NCBI GenBank assembly: GCA_051530055.1
Contig: CM121341.1
Location: 19,198,784 to 19,262,783, forward strand
Length of the DNA: 64,000 nucleotides
Direction of reading: 5' to 3'
Origin: Neoechinorhynchus agilis
Lineage: Eukaryota; Animalia; Acanthocephala
The notes beneath the pieces are model-generated. The model was given only the letters and a program-made list of their open reading frames with translations. It was not told where the DNA came from and made no database searches. This document shows, piece after piece, positions 62,173 to 64,000 of the stretch; position 1 is the first letter of the stretch, and the number at the start of each line of letters is the position of its first letter. Both the position numbers and the translations under genes were made by a program.

Positions 62173-62479
62173 GATAGAAAGTCCTTCGGGATAATAAAAT
62201 TACACTTTCGGTGAGAATAATCCCGGTCATTACATATTTTATTTATTCGAAATATTTCGCGAGGTATCCTCGCCTCTTCAGTCATTGTTTCGCAAGCGCT
62301 GAAGTGACAAACTTGCGAAACAATGACTGAAGAGGCGAGGATACCTCGCGAAATATTTCGAATAAATAAAATATGTAATGACCGGGATTATTCTCACCGA
62401 AAGTGTGATATTCAGTTATCGAGGACTCACTATTTTGTCCCCTTTGGGGTAGAGACGTATCGAGCGCTCGGCAGCTCGG
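62173..62479. repeat. 307-bp copy of 14813-15119 (hairpin insertion plus flanking RLE sequence)
   Basis: Constant offset of 47360; two differences seen, both restoring perfect arm pairing here; one copy of the 13-bp TSD followed by 59 bp of RLE. Confidence 0.95.
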
Positions 62480-64000
62480 ACGACATTGTTTTTCCATAAA
62501 GGGAATTTTGTTATTTATAGGAGCGGTGAAATTTGTTATAAACTAAAATTCTTAATTTGCGGATGCAAATCTGTTCACGTCCATCAATCGTGTGCACAAA
62601 AAGAAAATTAAAACCCAATAAAGAATATTTAAATCACAAGAACAACTCTTTTGCAATAATTTATTTTTTCGAACGTAAACGACATTGTTTTTTTATTAAG
62701 GGAATTTTGTTGTTTATAGGAGCAGTGAAAGTTGCTATAAACTAAATTTCTTATTTTACCGATTCAATTCTGTTTACGTCAATAAATCGTATGAACATAC
62801 AAAAGAAAATTAAAATCCAATAAAGAATATCTAAATCACATGAACTGCACGTTTGTATTAATTTAATTAAAATCCAATGAAGAATATCTAAACCACAAGA
62901 ACTTCACTTTTGTATTAATTTAGTTGTTCGAACCTATACGACATTGTTTTTCCACAAGGGGAATTTTGTGGTTTATGAGAGCAGTGAAAATTGTTAAAAA
63001 AATTTTTTAATTTGCTGATGCAAATCTGTTTACGTCCATAAATCGTATGCACATACAAAGGAAAATTAAAATCCAATCAAGAATATCTAAATCACAAGAA
63101 GAACTGTTTTGTATTAATTTATTTGTTCGAACGTATACGACATAATTTTTCCACGAGGGGAATTTTGTGGTTTATAAGAGAAGTGAAAGTTGTTATAAAC
63201 AAAAAAATTTAATTGCTGATGCAAATCTGTTTACGTCAATAAATGGTATGCACATACAAAATAAAATTAAAATCCAATAAAGAATATTTAATCACAAGAA
63301 CTGCACGTTTGTATTATTTTTTTTGTTCGAACCAATACGACATTGTTTTTCCATAAGGGGAATTTTGTTGTTTATAGGAGCAGTGAAAATTGTTATAAAC
63401 TAAATTTCTTATCTTACCGATTCAAATCTCTTTACGTCCATAAGTCGTGCGCACATACAAAAGAAAATTAAAATCCAATAAAGAATATCTAAATCACAAG
63501 AACAACTCTTCTGTATTAATTTATTTGATCGAACGTATACGACATTGTTTTTCCATAAAGGTAATTTCGTTATTTATAGGAGCCGTGAAAGTTGTAACAA
63601 ACAAAAATTCTTAATTTGCTGATGCAAATCTGTTTGCGTCCATAAATTGTATGCAATACAAAAGAAAATTAAAATTCAATAAAGAACGGCACGAAGCTTT
63701 TGTTCGGAACTCGGAAGACGACTTGCAGCAGAAACAGGGGAGCGACGCGAGAGGATTTTACTGATACAAAGAATAAGCCTCGCAATCCAACGAGGAAATG
63801 CGGTCAGCGTCCGGGGGACGATTTAATCATTTTAAAATAAATCTGGAATAAGCAAAAAAAATCACAAGAACAACTCCTTTGTATTAATTTATTTGTTTGA
63901 ACGTATAAGACATTGTTTTTCCATAAAGAGAATTTTATTGTTTGTAGGTTCAGTGAAAGTTGTTATAAACTAAAATTTTTAATTTGCTGATGCAAAGCGT
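62480..64000. repeat. AT-rich tandem array, ~200-bp unit, at least 7 copies, running off the window end
   Basis: gacattgtttttccataa marker near 62481, 62680, 62940, 63140, 63340, 63541 and 63910. Confidence 0.9.
63687..63861 (+). mobile_element. 5'-truncated 3' end of a second CRE-like RLE family with an A-tail, inserted in the satellite
   Basis: Encodes ELGRRLAAETGERRERILLIQRISLAIQRGNAVSVRGTI*, then AATAAA and A8; the satellite resumes with a few bases lost and no TSD. Confidence 0.85.

Noticed and set aside
18470-64000. Tandem arrays as CRISPR loci
   Set aside because: Units are 185-276 bp, homologous along their whole length, with no unique spacers or cas genes; eukaryotic context
1-64000. 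tRNA, rRNA or snRNA genes
   Set aside because: No cloverleaf or A/B-box pattern and no conserved rRNA/snRNA segments noticed by eye; a tRNAscan/Infernal run is needed to exclude them

Overview
Compact animal genomic DNA. Cadherin, ELL, SCOC and claudin-like genes point to a metazoan; I cannot name the species. Introns I could trace are about 41-54 nt. Host genes: C2H2/Eh1 transcription factor, ADP/ATP carrier, a disrupted protocadherin, NAPE-PLD, CHAF1B, a claudin-like protein, SUCO, SURF1, an EH-domain protein, WDR4, TBCCD1, NADP-IDH, ELL, RPS9, SCOC and some orphan ORFs. They are interleaved with decayed non-LTR retroelements (CRE-like RT+RLE, RTE, L2/CR1-like). Main unexplained signals: (1) a dispersed repeat family with a minimal hammerhead-ribozyme-like core (CUGAnGA-N-stem II-GAAA-UAUUUC) at 10 positions, often in fold-back form typical of Penelope-like elements; (2) twister-ribozyme-like motifs at the 5' ends of two RTE copies, one directly downstream of a hammerhead core and one inverted in a twin-priming-type insertion; (3) nine tandem copies of the SURF1 exon-2 splice acceptor plus exon start, expanding intron 1 to 2 kb; (4) a ~2.8-kb inverted duplication with 276-bp arrays bracketing ~35 kb of genes; (5) an ADP/ATP carrier that looks more protist-like than animal-like. 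All calls are by-eye reading of the sequence. No searches, alignments or folding programs were run.
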